Shown in pieces: positions 1 through 9,956 of a stretch of DNA of 64,000 bases. Numbering within the stretch: position 1 is the stretch's first letter; every line of letters starts with the position of its first letter. The position numbers and the translations under genes were made by a program. This DNA is from an uncultured delta proteobacterium (GTDB taxonomy: Bacteria; Desulfobacterota; Binatia; Binatales; Binataceae), in NCBI GenBank assembly GCA_963773975.1, contig CAVZDJ010000011.1, positions 114,548 to 178,547 of the forward strand, given 5' to 3'. The notes beneath the pieces were generated by a model. The model did not search any database, was not told the DNA's origin, and saw nothing but the letters and a program-made list of their open reading frames with translations.

Positions 1-1
1 G

Positions 2-1024
2 CTGGCGCCGGGCGGTCTGATGGCTCGCGCCATACCTTACACCAACGTCGGGGTGCGCAGCGCGCTGGTGGACAGTTACGATCTGGACCGGATGGGCTTG
101 CGCAAGATCGAGACGCTGATCCAGCCGTACACGCAATACAGCTATGTCCCTGCGATCGCCCAGAACCAGTTTCCGCTCTTTGACAGCACAGATCGGATGG
201 AGGCCCGCAGTCTCATTGACTACGGAGTAAGTCTGCGGATCTTCGGTCAATCCGAGACTCGGACGCCTGGCGCGAACCTCGGCAACCGGATCATGGCGAT
301 GATGGGGCCGACCTTCAGGACCGCCGGCGGCGGCGCCAGCACGGAACTTTTGCGCTTCAACCTGGAACAGGCTTACGACACGACTCACGCGGTGTCGAAC
401 GACGGCTCCCATCTCTCGGACGTGGCCCTGCAGGGGCAGCTTTTCCCGACCAGCATCCTTTCCGCCGGGTCAACGCTCGACTGGAGCCCACGCCCCAAGC
501 AAGGCCTCGACGCCTTCAATTTCTCGCTGGCTTTTCAGCCCCCCGGACAAACTGCTCCAAGCGTCTATACGGGACGCGCGGTGCAGGGCTCTTTCGTTTC
601 GCTGTCGTATACCTACGCCGCGCCCAACGCGACCCTGTTGAATACCAGCAAGACCGTGAATTCTCTCAGCACCGCCTCTCTGCAGACGTATCTGGGTCTG
701 TTCAACCATGCGGGGGTTTTCTTCGCGCCCGTATACGACTTCGGGACGTCACGGATGCTGTCGACGGTGTTCGGGATTCGCCTGAAGTCTTCGTGTGACT
801 GCTGGTTTGCCGATTTCGCGGTAAATAATACTTACTATCCGAACGACACCAGCTATATCTTCCAGCTCACGCTTAGCGGGCTGGGCTCGCTTGGCACCGG
901 CTCTCCGTTTGGGAACAATCCCTTTCAGCTCATGGGTTTGGTCCCGGTTCGACCGATGACCGACCAATCGAACACGGCAACCACGTTGGAACGAGCGAGC
1001 CTTGCCAACGGCGTACCCAACTAG
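2..1024 (+). CDS. lptD: LPS-assembly outer-membrane protein LptD, C-terminal part (5' end outside window)
   Basis: Frame is open from the window edge. 'IQPYTQYSYVPAIAQNQFPLFDS' resembles the conserved LptD/OstA_C block (E. coli 'LEPRAQYLYVPYRDQS..YDS'). Beta-barrel-like alternating pattern runs to the C-terminus. An LptE-like lipoprotein follows 9 nt downstream. Confidence 0.6.
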   Translation: MAPGGLMARAIPYTNVGVRSALVDSYDLDRMGLRKIETLIQPYTQYSYVPAIAQNQFPLFDSTDRMEARSLIDYGVSLRIFGQSETRTPGANLGNRIMAMMGPTFRTAGGGASTELLRFNLEQAYDTTHAVSNDGSHLSDVALQGQLFPTSILSAGSTLDWSPRPKQGLDAFNFSLAFQPPGQTAPSVYTGRAVQGSFVSLSYTYAAPNATLLNTSKTVNSLSTASLQTYLGLFNHAGVFFAPVYDFGTSRMLSTVFGIRLKSSCDCWFADFAVNNTYYPNDTSYIFQLTLSGLGSLGTGSPFGNNPFQLMGLVPVRPMTDQSNTATTLERASLANGVPN

Positions 1025-1032
1025 GATCGCGC

Positions 1033-1761
1033 TTGCGGCGTGGGCGAGTGAAATCAGTGAATAGTCATATGAACGATATGGCGAAGCCCTCGATGAGCGG
1101 ATGTGCAAGCGTGGCGTTTTCGTTCCGGCGCATCGTCTGCCGGCACGTCATCTGGCCGATCGTCCCGTGGTCGATAGTCTCGTGGTTGATGTTGTTGGCG
1201 GCGGCGGGCGGCGCATTCGACGGCTGCGCTTTGCATTTTGCCGACAACGGCAGCGCGCTGCCCAGCTCCGCGAAGACCGTTTACGTGGCGCGATTCGAAA
1301 ACATGACCTACGTCTCCGGGATCAACGACCAGTTCATGCGCTATATGAAGGACGCCATCTCGTCGCGCGGAAGGTTGGCGGTAGTGGACGACCCGGCGCA
1401 GGCGGATCTGCTGCTCAGCGGAAAAGTTCTCTATGCGGGTACCGGTCCGGGCAGCTTGAACGGTGTATCGGAGCCGCTGAGCTATGGAAACACTATCCTG
1501 GTCGCGGCGACGCTTACCGATCGACGGACCAACGCGGTGCTATGGCGCACCAACGGCATCAGCGGCACGAGTCAGGCCTCTGTAGTCGCGCAGGCGATCG
1601 TGCCGACCACGCCGCAGTTCTTGAAGCAGAATCTGCGCGGGCCGCAGCTCTTGCAGATGTCCGATATGCAGGTGGCGGCGACGCAGGAGGCGGTTGCAAA
1701 GGGCAATATGATGCAGCAGATCGCGTCCGAGCTTTACACGGACATGTCGTGGGGACTTTGA
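1033..1761 (+). CDS. LptE-like LPS-assembly lipoprotein (start codon uncertain)
   Basis: Hydrophobic leader ending in lipobox-like 'GAFDGC'. 'KTVYVARFENMTYVSGINDQF...ADLLLSGKV...ATLTDRRTNAVLW' follows the LptE/RlpB pattern (..v.v..f.N.t....Ad..L.G.i....v.l.d...g.vlw). Sits immediately after lptD. Confidence 0.45.
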   Translation: MRRGRVKSVNSHMNDMAKPSMSGCASVAFSFRRIVCRHVIWPIVPWSIVSWLMLLAAAGGAFDGCALHFADNGSALPSSAKTVYVARFENMTYVSGINDQFMRYMKDAISSRGRLAVVDDPAQADLLLSGKVLYAGTGPGSLNGVSEPLSYGNTILVAATLTDRRTNAVLWRTNGISGTSQASVVAQAIVPTTPQFLKQNLRGPQLLQMSDMQVAATQEAVAKGNMMQQIASELYTDMSWGL

Positions 1762-1812
1762 GCGGGGATGCCGGGGGTCTCATTTGCCGGGTCAGCACTC
1801 TTAGGCCTGCGC

Positions 1813-2238
1813 TCAGGGCTCCTGCACGCAACACTTCTGAATCTCGGTTTGCGCCTCGTCGTTGTCGACCGGATTGAGATGAGGATGTCCGCTTAGCACG
1901 CCCCACACGAATTCTTCGCGGATGTAGTAGACCCGCGTGTGCGGATCGATGTCGACCTGGTCGGCGCTTTCGGCGCCCTCGATACTGCAAGCGATCTGGT
2001 CCGTCCCGGCCGCAACGATGAACGCGTGATAGCCGCCCGGGCCGATACGCGCGCTGTCCTCGCCGCAGGTCACCGCGGGCCGCAGCAGCGACGAGCCATA
2101 GTGATACGGCCGGTAGACGTAGATCACGGCGTTGTTCGGAGGCGCAGTGGCGCGTTCAAACGGATGCCCCTGCACCGCACATCCCCCGATCAACAGCATC
2201 GCGGCGCCGAGCAGGATCGCCGCCGGGTTGCGGCTCAC
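1813..2238 (-). CDS. small lipoprotein (DUF2846-like)
   Basis: Signal peptide with lipobox 'LLIGGCAV'. High GC3 frame. 4-nt overlap with the upstream gene end (2235-2238). Confidence 0.55.
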   Translation of the reverse strand: MSRNPAAILLGAAMLLIGGCAVQGHPFERATAPPNNAVIYVYRPYHYGSSLLRPAVTCGEDSARIGPGGYHAFIVAAGTDQIACSIEGAESADQVDIDPHTRVYYIREEFVWGVLSGHPHLNPVDNDEAQTEIQKCCVQEP

Positions 2239-2969
2239 TGGTCGGCCGCCGGAGCTGCCGGATAGCCCGCGGAGGCCGCGGGTTGGCCCGCGTCGATGCC
2301 GCCCTGGCCCGCGCCGAGCGCTGGTGACGCGGCGGATGATGTGGGTTGAGCCGCGCCGGCAAACGCCTGCGCCAGGCGGCCCTCGTCGCGATAGAGCTTC
2401 TGATCGATCTTCTCGCGCACCGCGGCGCGCGCGGCTTGCTCGACTTCCTTGTGAGTCGGTTCCTTGTAGAGCGTGAACGATTTCGAGATGTGGACCTTGG
2501 CGGTGTAATCGCCGAGCACCCGGTCGCCGTCGGTGATCGAAAGCTGCGCAAACGCGGTCACGCCAAGATCGCCCAGCGGAGCGCCCACGTAGGTGACCGG
2601 ATCGAACGCGGTGACGATCAACGGTATGTGATAATCGTCGTGGGTCAATTCCTCACGATAGGAAAACGTCACCGATGACGTGTCGGAGAGCGACATCGCG
2701 ACCGCCGCCGGCACCGCGCTCGCATCGCCCTCGGCGAGATGGCCCTTGAAGGGCAACGGATGTGCCGGCGCCTCCGCCACCGCCGGATCGGGGGCTGGCT
2801 GCTGCACGGCGCATCCAGAGCCGACGGCCGCGGCCACGAACAATAGTCCCGCGATAGATACCGCTTTGATCAGCGCCTCGCGTCCACTGCGGCCTCGCGC
2901 GGCTACGCCAGTGCCCGCTCCGCCAGCGCGATCGCAACCCGGGCGATTTGCCTTGCAATCAATTGTCAC
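2235..2969 (-). CDS. hypothetical lipoprotein
   Basis: Internal signal/lipobox 'AAAVGSGCAV' (the true start is probably internal). 4-nt overlaps with both neighbours suggest one operon. Confidence 0.5.
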   Translation of the reverse strand: MTIDCKANRPGCDRAGGAGTGVAARGRSGREALIKAVSIAGLLFVAAAVGSGCAVQQPAPDPAVAEAPAHPLPFKGHLAEGDASAVPAAVAMSLSDTSSVTFSYREELTHDDYHIPLIVTAFDPVTYVGAPLGDLGVTAFAQLSITDGDRVLGDYTAKVHISKSFTLYKEPTHKEVEQAARAAVREKIDQKLYRDEGRLAQAFAGAAQPTSSAASPALGAGQGGIDAGQPAASAGYPAAPAADQ

Positions 2970-4195
2970 CGCGCACCTTTATCCGCGAACCGGCGTAGCT
3001 CAGGAGTGGCTGCGCCATCGCCCTGCTCGGTAGTACGCAGCGCGGGCGCGTCCGGTTGCAGCAGGAAACCGGGGCCGATCCGGTCGAGGCTGGGACAACC
3101 AATCTGGCCCATCACGAGGTCGATTTCCTTGCGCAGGATGTCGATCGCCTTCTGCGCGCCCGATAGCCCGCCGGCGGCGGCGCCGTACAGCGTCGCGCGG
3201 CCGACGAAAACGAAGCGCGCTCCCAGGCATAGCGCGGTCAGGATGTCGCCGCCGCGCCGCACGCCGCTATCCAGCATCACGGTGAGCTTGTCTCCGGCCG
3301 CTGCGCAAATCGCCGGCAGCATCGCGAGCGCCGCGGGCGCCTGATCCAACTGACGCCCGCCGTGATTGGACACCATGACGCCGTCGACTCCGATCTGCGC
3401 GGCCTGCACGGCGTCGTCCGGATGCATGATCCCTTTGACCACCAGGCGGCGCGGCCACAAGCGCCGGAACTCCTCCAGGTCGCGCCAGGTTACGCTGCAT
3501 GGAATTTGCCTCGCGACGAAGGCGGCGATCTCCTTGGCGCTGGCGCCGGGCGCGGCGTAGGGCGCCCAGTTATCGAACCGCGGGATGCCGCGGCGGAGAT
3601 AGTCGGCGATCCACAGCGGATGCATCAGCGCTTCGAGCGACTTCGACCACTTGAGCCTAAGCGGCAGCTCGAAGCCGTTGCGCATGTTGCGCTCGCGCTT
3701 GGAGGACACGGGCACGTCGACCGTCAGCACCAGGGTGCTGAGATTGGCGTCGCGCGCGCGCCGGATCATATCCGCGGAAATCTTTCGGTCGCGCGCCGCG
3801 TAGAGCTGATACCAGGTATGCGCGGGCGCCACCGCGGCCGCCGCCTCGATCGAAGCGGTGGAAGCGCCCGACATGATGAACGGGATATTGGCGGCCGCCG
3901 CCGCCCGCGCCAGGATCAGGTCCGCGTCGGCACGAAACAGCGCCGCCAGGCCGGTCGGCGCGATCCCGAAGGGGCTCGCGAAGCTTTGTCCGAAGAGCGC
4001 CGCGGACTGGTCGCGCCGTGCGATGTCGACCATGTAGCGCGGCACCAGGCGATGGCGTGCGAAGCTCGCCTCGTTGGCCGCAAGGCAGTGCTCGTCCTCG
4101 ACGCCGCCCTCGATGAAGTCGAAGGCGATCCGTGGCAGCCGCCGCCGGGCGAGCCGGCGGAGATCATCGATATTCACCGCGTCTTCGATCGTCAT
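2966..4195 (-). CDS. FMN-dependent alpha-hydroxy-acid dehydrogenase/oxidase (LldD / mandelate dehydrogenase family)
   Basis: 'PFGIAPTG', 'VSNHGGRQLD' and 'MLDSGVRRGGDILTALCLGA' are hallmark motifs of the FMN_dh family. Confidence 0.85.
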   Translation of the reverse strand: MTIEDAVNIDDLRRLARRRLPRIAFDFIEGGVEDEHCLAANEASFARHRLVPRYMVDIARRDQSAALFGQSFASPFGIAPTGLAALFRADADLILARAAAAANIPFIMSGASTASIEAAAAVAPAHTWYQLYAARDRKISADMIRRARDANLSTLVLTVDVPVSSKRERNMRNGFELPLRLKWSKSLEALMHPLWIADYLRRGIPRFDNWAPYAAPGASAKEIAAFVARQIPCSVTWRDLEEFRRLWPRRLVVKGIMHPDDAVQAAQIGVDGVMVSNHGGRQLDQAPAALAMLPAICAAAGDKLTVMLDSGVRRGGDILTALCLGARFVFVGRATLYGAAAGGLSGAQKAIDILRKEIDLVMGQIGCPSLDRIGPGFLLQPDAPALRTTEQGDGAATPELRRFADKGAR

Positions 4196-4535
4196 TTTTG
4201 GATGGTTATCCCCCTCGCGACCTTAATCCTATGAAGACCGTGCTGGCAAATTCCAACTAAAGATTTGCGCTGTGATGAAATGTTGTTAACCATGCAGATT
4301 CTATGTTCGAGCTACCTGGGCGCAGACGCGAACATCACCGGCCCGGTCAACCTCGAGCAACTCGCCGGGCTCACGAACAACTAGTCGATCGCGCTCGCGC
4401 GTATCCAGCGCCAGCGTGCGTCGAAATTGGCCCGCGGCCCACCACCCCGGTTGTGGCCGCTTTCCTTTCGACGTAACGAGCCTATATGAAGTAATAGGAG
4501 CGGGACGCGGACGCAGCGGCCCCCATCGATCACCA

Positions 4536-5324
4536 ATGATATCGCCGAAAGACCTCGACGAGGCGGTGGCCTCGATCATCGCCGCGCGTAACAGTAGGCG
4601 CGCGCTAGGGCGACTGCCGCCCAGCGGCGCGGCGCTCTCGCTCGACGACGCCTACTCGATCCAGGAAACGTTCGTGCGCGAGTGCAAGTTGCCGGTGGTC
4701 GGTTACAAAATCGGCTGCGCGTCGAAGGACTCCCAGGCGCTGGTCGGCGCCGCCGGGCCGTTCGCGGCGCGCATCTTCGCGCCCACCCGCTTCGACTCGC
4801 CGGCTGAAATTTCGGCGCGCGATTTCTTTACCGTCGGCGTCGAAGCCGAGTTCGCCTTCACGATGCGCGCCGCGCTGCCGCCGCGCCGCATCGCGTACGA
4901 GCGCGCCGAGGTCGCCCAAGCCGTCGCCTCGGTCGCGCCGGTGATCGAGCTCTGCGACACGCGGCTTGCGGACTGGAAGACGGCGCGGATCGAGGAAATC
5001 ATCGCCGACAACGGCTTTCACGGCGGCCTGGTCGTCGGCACGGCGGTCCATCAGTGGGAGAGCCTCGATCTGGCCGCACACGAAGTCGCGCTCTCGATCG
5101 GCACTGTGGTGCGCGCACGCGGCGCGAGCGCCGGCGCGCTCGGCCATCCGCTCGACGGCCTTGTCTGGATCGCCAACGAACTTTCGCGCCGCGGCTACGG
5201 TCTGGGCGCGGGGGATATCATTGCGACCGGCACCTGGACCGGATTGCATTTCGTCCGCGAGCCGGCGGCGGTCGTCGCCGATTTCGGTTCGCTCGGCCGG
5301 GTCGAACTCAGCGTGCGCGCCTGA
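4536..5324 (+). CDS. 2-keto-4-pentenoate hydratase-like (FAH/MhpD family) enzyme
   Basis: 'LDDAYSIQE...GYKIGCAS', 'VEAEFAF', 'DNGFHGGLVVG' and 'GDIIATGTWTG' match the hydratase/decarboxylase family layout. Start chosen at the internal ATG (MISPKDL). Confidence 0.7.
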   Translation: MISPKDLDEAVASIIAARNSRRALGRLPPSGAALSLDDAYSIQETFVRECKLPVVGYKIGCASKDSQALVGAAGPFAARIFAPTRFDSPAEISARDFFTVGVEAEFAFTMRAALPPRRIAYERAEVAQAVASVAPVIELCDTRLADWKTARIEEIIADNGFHGGLVVGTAVHQWESLDLAAHEVALSIGTVVRARGASAGALGHPLDGLVWIANELSRRGYGLGAGDIIATGTWTGLHFVREPAAVVADFGSLGRVELSVRA

Positions 5325-5364
5325 AGATGCTCGAGGCCAGGACCAAAGACGATGGGGGCGAAAA

Positions 5365-5733
5365 ATGATGGAAGCCATCAGCGACCCGGCAAAGATCGAA
5401 AGCTATCATGCCCATGTCTATTACACCGGGGAGGCGTCGCGCGCGGCCGCCGCGTCGTTGCGCGAGGCGCTTCAGTGCAGATTCGCGGTCGCGATGGGCA
5501 ACTGGCATGACAAACCGATCGGGCCGCATCCGCTGCCGATGTACCAGGTCAGTTTCGCCGCCCGCGACTTCGCGCGTATCGTCCCGTGGCTGATGCTCAA
5601 TCACCAGGCGCTCTCGATCCTCATCCATCCGAACACCGACGACGGACATCGCGACCACGCCGAGCATGCGTTGTGGCTCGGCGCGCAGCAGGAATTGCGT
5701 CTCGACGTGCTGCGCAAGCTGCTCGGCCAATAG
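5365..5733 (+). CDS. DOPA 4,5-dioxygenase family protein
   Basis: 'YHAHVYY...GPHPLPMYQVSF...LSILIHPNTDDGHRDH..ALWLG' matches the DOPA_dioxygen family pattern. Real start at ATGATG 5365 inside a longer spurious ORF. Confidence 0.6.
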   Translation: MMEAISDPAKIESYHAHVYYTGEASRAAAASLREALQCRFAVAMGNWHDKPIGPHPLPMYQVSFAARDFARIVPWLMLNHQALSILIHPNTDDGHRDHAEHALWLGAQQELRLDVLRKLLGQ

Positions 5734-5778
5734 CGTTGCAGTTGAGCGCTAAGGCGATCGCGGCAAAGAAAAATCATC

Positions 5779-6930
5779 ATGAACGCCAGCGCCTGGAACG
5801 AAGCTATCGATCGGATGCTGACGCGCGTGCGCGACACTGCCGGACGCGTCGGCGATGGCTTTCCGCACTGGGCCGATCCTGAAAGCGGCCAATGGACCGT
5901 AACCGCGGACGGTGATTGGACGGGTGGCTTCTGGGTCGCGATGCTATGGCTCGCGCGCCACGGCACAGGTGACGAACGCTATAGTCGATGGGCGCGGCAG
6001 TGGGCCGCGCGGCTGCGCCCGCGGATCGCTTCGGCAAGCGTCTTCAAAGCGATCCCGTTTTACTATGGCGGCAGCGTCGGACACCTGCTGCTGAACGACG
6101 CCGGCGCACGCGAAGCAGCGCTCGAGGGCGCCGCCAGTCTCATGCGCCTGTACAATCCTGTGCTCGGACTGATCCCGCTCGGCGCCGAGGCCGAAGAGGG
6201 CGCGCAGGTCGGCCCCGCCGAGAGCAGTATCGACAGTCTCTTCGCCTCGCCCTTCCTGCTGTGGGCCGCGCGCGAGACCGACGATAGCCGGATGCGCGCG
6301 GCCGCGCGGAGCCACGCCAGCCGGGTCATCGAATTGCATCTGCGCCAGGACGGATCGTTTATCCAGTCAAGCTCGCTGGATCCGCAAAACGGCGCGGTGA
6401 TTCGCCACTACACCCACAAGGGGTACAGCGACACCAGCACCTGGGGGCGCGCGCAAAGCTGGGGTGCGCTGCTCTCAGTGATGAGCTATGCGCAGGAGCC
6501 TGCCGAGACGCGATGGCTCCGGGCAGCCGAGCGCGGCGCCGATTGGTGGATCGCTCACGTGCCCCCCGACCGCGTCGCGTTCTGGGATTTCGACGATCCG
6601 CGCATTCCGGAGATCGAGCGCGATACCGCGGCGACCGCCGCGATGGCTTGTGCGATGCTCAAGCTCGCGGCGCTTGCCGCTCCGGCCAAGCGCGCGGACT
6701 ATCGCCGCCACGGAGAAGCGACCGTAAGCGCGCTCGTCGAACGCTACTTGACTCCGGTGAACCCTTCCGATCGCCGAGTGCCGGGCATTCTCACCGGAGG
6801 ATGCTTCAACAAGCGGCCGGACTCGCGCAGCCTCGACGCGGTGGTCAACCACGAATTGATATTCGGCAGCTATTACCTGTTCGAGGCGCTCCACATCCTG
6901 ACCGGCAAGCTCGACCCCACGACAATCTGA
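5779..6930 (+). CDS. glycoside hydrolase family 88-like (unsaturated glucuronyl hydrolase-like) protein
   Basis: 'WTGGFWVAMLWLA', 'HKGYSDTSTWGRAQSWGAL' and 'FWDFDDP...RDTAATAAMACAMLKL' parallel GH88 conserved blocks. Confidence 0.6.
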   Translation: MNASAWNEAIDRMLTRVRDTAGRVGDGFPHWADPESGQWTVTADGDWTGGFWVAMLWLARHGTGDERYSRWARQWAARLRPRIASASVFKAIPFYYGGSVGHLLLNDAGAREAALEGAASLMRLYNPVLGLIPLGAEAEEGAQVGPAESSIDSLFASPFLLWAARETDDSRMRAAARSHASRVIELHLRQDGSFIQSSSLDPQNGAVIRHYTHKGYSDTSTWGRAQSWGALLSVMSYAQEPAETRWLRAAERGADWWIAHVPPDRVAFWDFDDPRIPEIERDTAATAAMACAMLKLAALAAPAKRADYRRHGEATVSALVERYLTPVNPSDRRVPGILTGGCFNKRPDSRSLDAVVNHELIFGSYYLFEALHILTGKLDPTTI

Positions 6931-7023
6931 ATTCCATTCTCTGGAAGCCAATCTTACCGGGTATGGGTATTGCGGCTTTTTACTTCCCTCATCCGCATCT
7001 TGCGGAAAGGAACCGGAGTCAGA

Positions 7024-8250
7024 CTATCTATTCTCGCTGAAGAGGATTCCGCCTTCTTTGAGCTTCGCAATCCGCGCGTCGGAGTAATCCAGTACTTCCT
7101 TCAGCACCTGCGCGCCATGCTCGCCCAAAAGCGGAGCCTGGATGTCCGGCAGGTCCGGGTAGGCCGAAAATTTCAACGGAAAGCCCGGAATCGTCACCTC
7201 GCCAAGGATCGGGTCGGGCACCTTGCGCACCATGTCGCGCGCCTTGAAATACGGATGCTTCATCGTGTCGATGACCGAGAGCACCGGAGCGCAGGCGACG
7301 CGGTTTTCCTCGAGCGCGGCCACCGCGGCGTCGTCACTGGGCATCGAAGCTAGCCACTCCTCGACGATCGCGTTGAGCGCGTCGCGGTTCTTCACGCGAT
7401 CCGCGCCGGTGGCAAAGCGCGGATCGTCGCGCAGCTCCGGCCGGCCCATCGCCTTGGCCATGCTTGCCCACTGGCGATCGAGCACCAGGATAAATATCCA
7501 GCCCTGCGGCCCTTTATATACTCCGGCGGGACAAATCTGGTTGTGATATCGGCCCATCCGCTTGGGGATGAACGCGCCGTCGGTAATGGAGTGGCTCTGC
7601 AGGCCGAAATCGTGCATGTGGTAGAGCGTATCGATCATCGCGATGTCTATATACTGTCCGACGCCGGTTTTCTCCCGATTATACAGTGCGTATCCGAGTG
7701 CGGCGAAAGTATGTACTCCACTTCCTACGTCCGCGACACCGATTCCGACGAACGTCGGAGATCCATCCGGGTCCCCGGTCATGTGCATCATGCCGGAAAA
7801 GGCCTGCGCGATCATGTCGTAGCCGGTCTTGTGCGCGAGCGGGCTGTTGCGTCCGAAGGCCGAGAGCGAAGCCATGATGAGGCGCGGATTGTTAAGCTTG
7901 AGCGAATCGTAGTCGAGCCCGCGCTTTTGCATCACCCCGGGGCCGAAGTTTTCGACCACGATATCCACCTTGGCTACGAGCGCGCGGAGGATCTCCAGCG
8001 ATTCGGGTTTATTGATATCAAGGCACAGGCTCTTCTTGCCCCGGTTCTGCTGCACGAAATAGCCGCTGCGCCCGTTTTTGATCGTCGGCAGCAGACGCGA
8101 CGGGTCGCCCATCGGCGCCAGCTCCACCTTGATGATATCGGCGCCCATCTCGGCCATCAGCCGGGTGACCGTCGGCCCGGCCAGGTATTGCGTGAAGTCG
8201 AGCACCCGGCATCCCGCGAGCATCGTGGAATTCGCCTTTGCGCCAGCCAT
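7024..8250 (-). CDS. family III CoA-transferase (CaiB/BaiF)
   Basis: 'CRVLDFTQYLAGP', 'VVENFGPG', 'DIAMID'. SD 'GAGGGAG' lies 9 nt upstream of the ATG at 8250. Confidence 0.85.
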   Translation of the reverse strand: MAGAKANSTMLAGCRVLDFTQYLAGPTVTRLMAEMGADIIKVELAPMGDPSRLLPTIKNGRSGYFVQQNRGKKSLCLDINKPESLEILRALVAKVDIVVENFGPGVMQKRGLDYDSLKLNNPRLIMASLSAFGRNSPLAHKTGYDMIAQAFSGMMHMTGDPDGSPTFVGIGVADVGSGVHTFAALGYALYNREKTGVGQYIDIAMIDTLYHMHDFGLQSHSITDGAFIPKRMGRYHNQICPAGVYKGPQGWIFILVLDRQWASMAKAMGRPELRDDPRFATGADRVKNRDALNAIVEEWLASMPSDDAAVAALEENRVACAPVLSVIDTMKHPYFKARDMVRKVPDPILGEVTIPGFPLKFSAYPDLPDIQAPLLGEHGAQVLKEVLDYSDARIAKLKEGGILFSENR

Positions 8251-8452
8251 GATTGTCATCTCCCTCAGCCGATTCGCGCTTCCCGCGTGGGAGCCATCTA
8301 TCACAGCTTTCGCTTGCTGTGGAGTTCCGGTGATCGTTCCGATGATCGCTCCGTTGATTGCCCCATAGTTGGATCGCCCGCGGACACTGGACAGCGTGGC
8401 TCGGTTACGACTAGATGACGGGCTAGATACGGTAATGCTGGAGGACTGCGCA

Positions 8453-9914
8453 ATGTCCGCGAAGCAAGGGAATCAAGGTTCCGAATCGGCTGCCCTGCGG
8501 AGCCGCCTGAGACATCCGGTGATCGATTCCGATGGCCATTGGGTCGAATTCGGGCCGGATCTGATGGACTATCTGAAAGAGGTCGGCGGATCGCGGGCTG
8601 CCGAGGGTTTCAGGAATCGCCCCTACGAGGGATGGCATCTCACGGTGCCGCTCAAGGAACGGCGCGAGCGCCGCTTGGACCAGCCGGTGTGGTGGGGCGT
8701 GCCGACCCGGAACACGTTCGACCGCGCGACCTCGATGCTGCCGAAGCTCCTGTACGAGCGCTTGGGCGATATGGGGATGGATTTCGCGGTGCTCTATCCG
8801 ACCGCGGCGCTACGCGTCCCGTTCATCGCCGACGAGGAGACGCGCAAGGCGACCTGTCGCGCGTTTAACCGGTACTCGGCCGAGCAGTTCCGCGAGTTCA
8901 GCGACCGGCTGACGCCGGTCGCGATGATTCCGATGTATACGCCGGGGGAGGCGATCGTCGAGTTGGAGTACGCGGTCAAGACGCTGGGCCTCAAGGTCGC
9001 GATGATGCCGAGCCTGCTGCGCCGGCCGATTCGCGCGGCAGTCGGTCCCGGCGGCGAGCCCAATCCGTACGCGCCAATGGCTCGACATGCTCGCGCTCGA
9101 CAGCGAGTACGACTACGACCCGGTGTGGGCGAAGTGCCAGGAGCTCGGCGTCGCACCCACCTTTCACACGGTTTCCAAGGGCGTCGGCACGCGCATCTCG
9201 CCGTCGAACGCGGTGTACAACCATATCGGGCACTTCGGCGTGGCCGGCGAGGCGATCTGCAAGGCGCTGTTCCTGGGCGGCGTGACGCGGCGCTTTCCGA
9301 AGTTGAAGTTCGCCTTCCTGGAGGGCGGCGTGGGATGGGCCTGCGGGCTTTACAGCGATCTGATCGGCCATTGGAAAAAGCGCAACCCCAAGGCGCTCGA
9401 GGACATCGACCCCGCCAATCTCAACCGCGAGATGATGGCGCATCTGTTCCAGCGCTACGGCGGCAAGGCGCTCGCCGACAAGCTGGAGCGATGGAAACTC
9501 GAGGGCGAGGCCTATTCGCCGCGGACCGCCGACCCGACCGCGTCGCTCGACGACTTCGAGGCCTGCGCAATCGAGCGCGCCGAACAGATCCGCGATCTGT
9601 TCATTCCCAACTTCTATTTCGGCTGCGAAGCCGACGACGCGGCCAACACCTGGGCCTTCAACGCGAAGGCCAATCCGTACCGCGCCCGGCTCAACGCGGT
9701 CTTCGGCTCCGATATCGGCCACTTCGACGTCCCGGACATGACCAGGGTGCTGACCGAGGCCTGGGAACTGGTGGACGAAGAACTGATAAGCGAGGCGGAC
9801 TTCCGCGATTTCGTCTTCGCCAATCCGGTCAGGTTGTGGGCGGGCAACAATCCGGATTTCTTCAAGGGCACGGTGGTCGAGCAGGAGGCGCGCGCGGTGC
9901 TGGCCGCCGGTTGA
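8453..9914 (+). pseudogene. amidohydrolase-2 family protein, split by a frame change near 9065-9085
   Basis: N-terminal half ('HPVIDSDGHWVEF...') is in frame 8453. C-terminal half ('(W)LDMLALDSEYDYDPVWAKCQELGV...GSDIGHFD') is in frame 9078/9087. Total length 1462 nt = 3n+1. GGAGGA lies 7 nt before ATG 8453. Confidence 0.6.
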
Positions 9915-9956
9915 GCGAAGCCGCGCGACGGCACGCGACGACTCGCGCGCGCGCGC

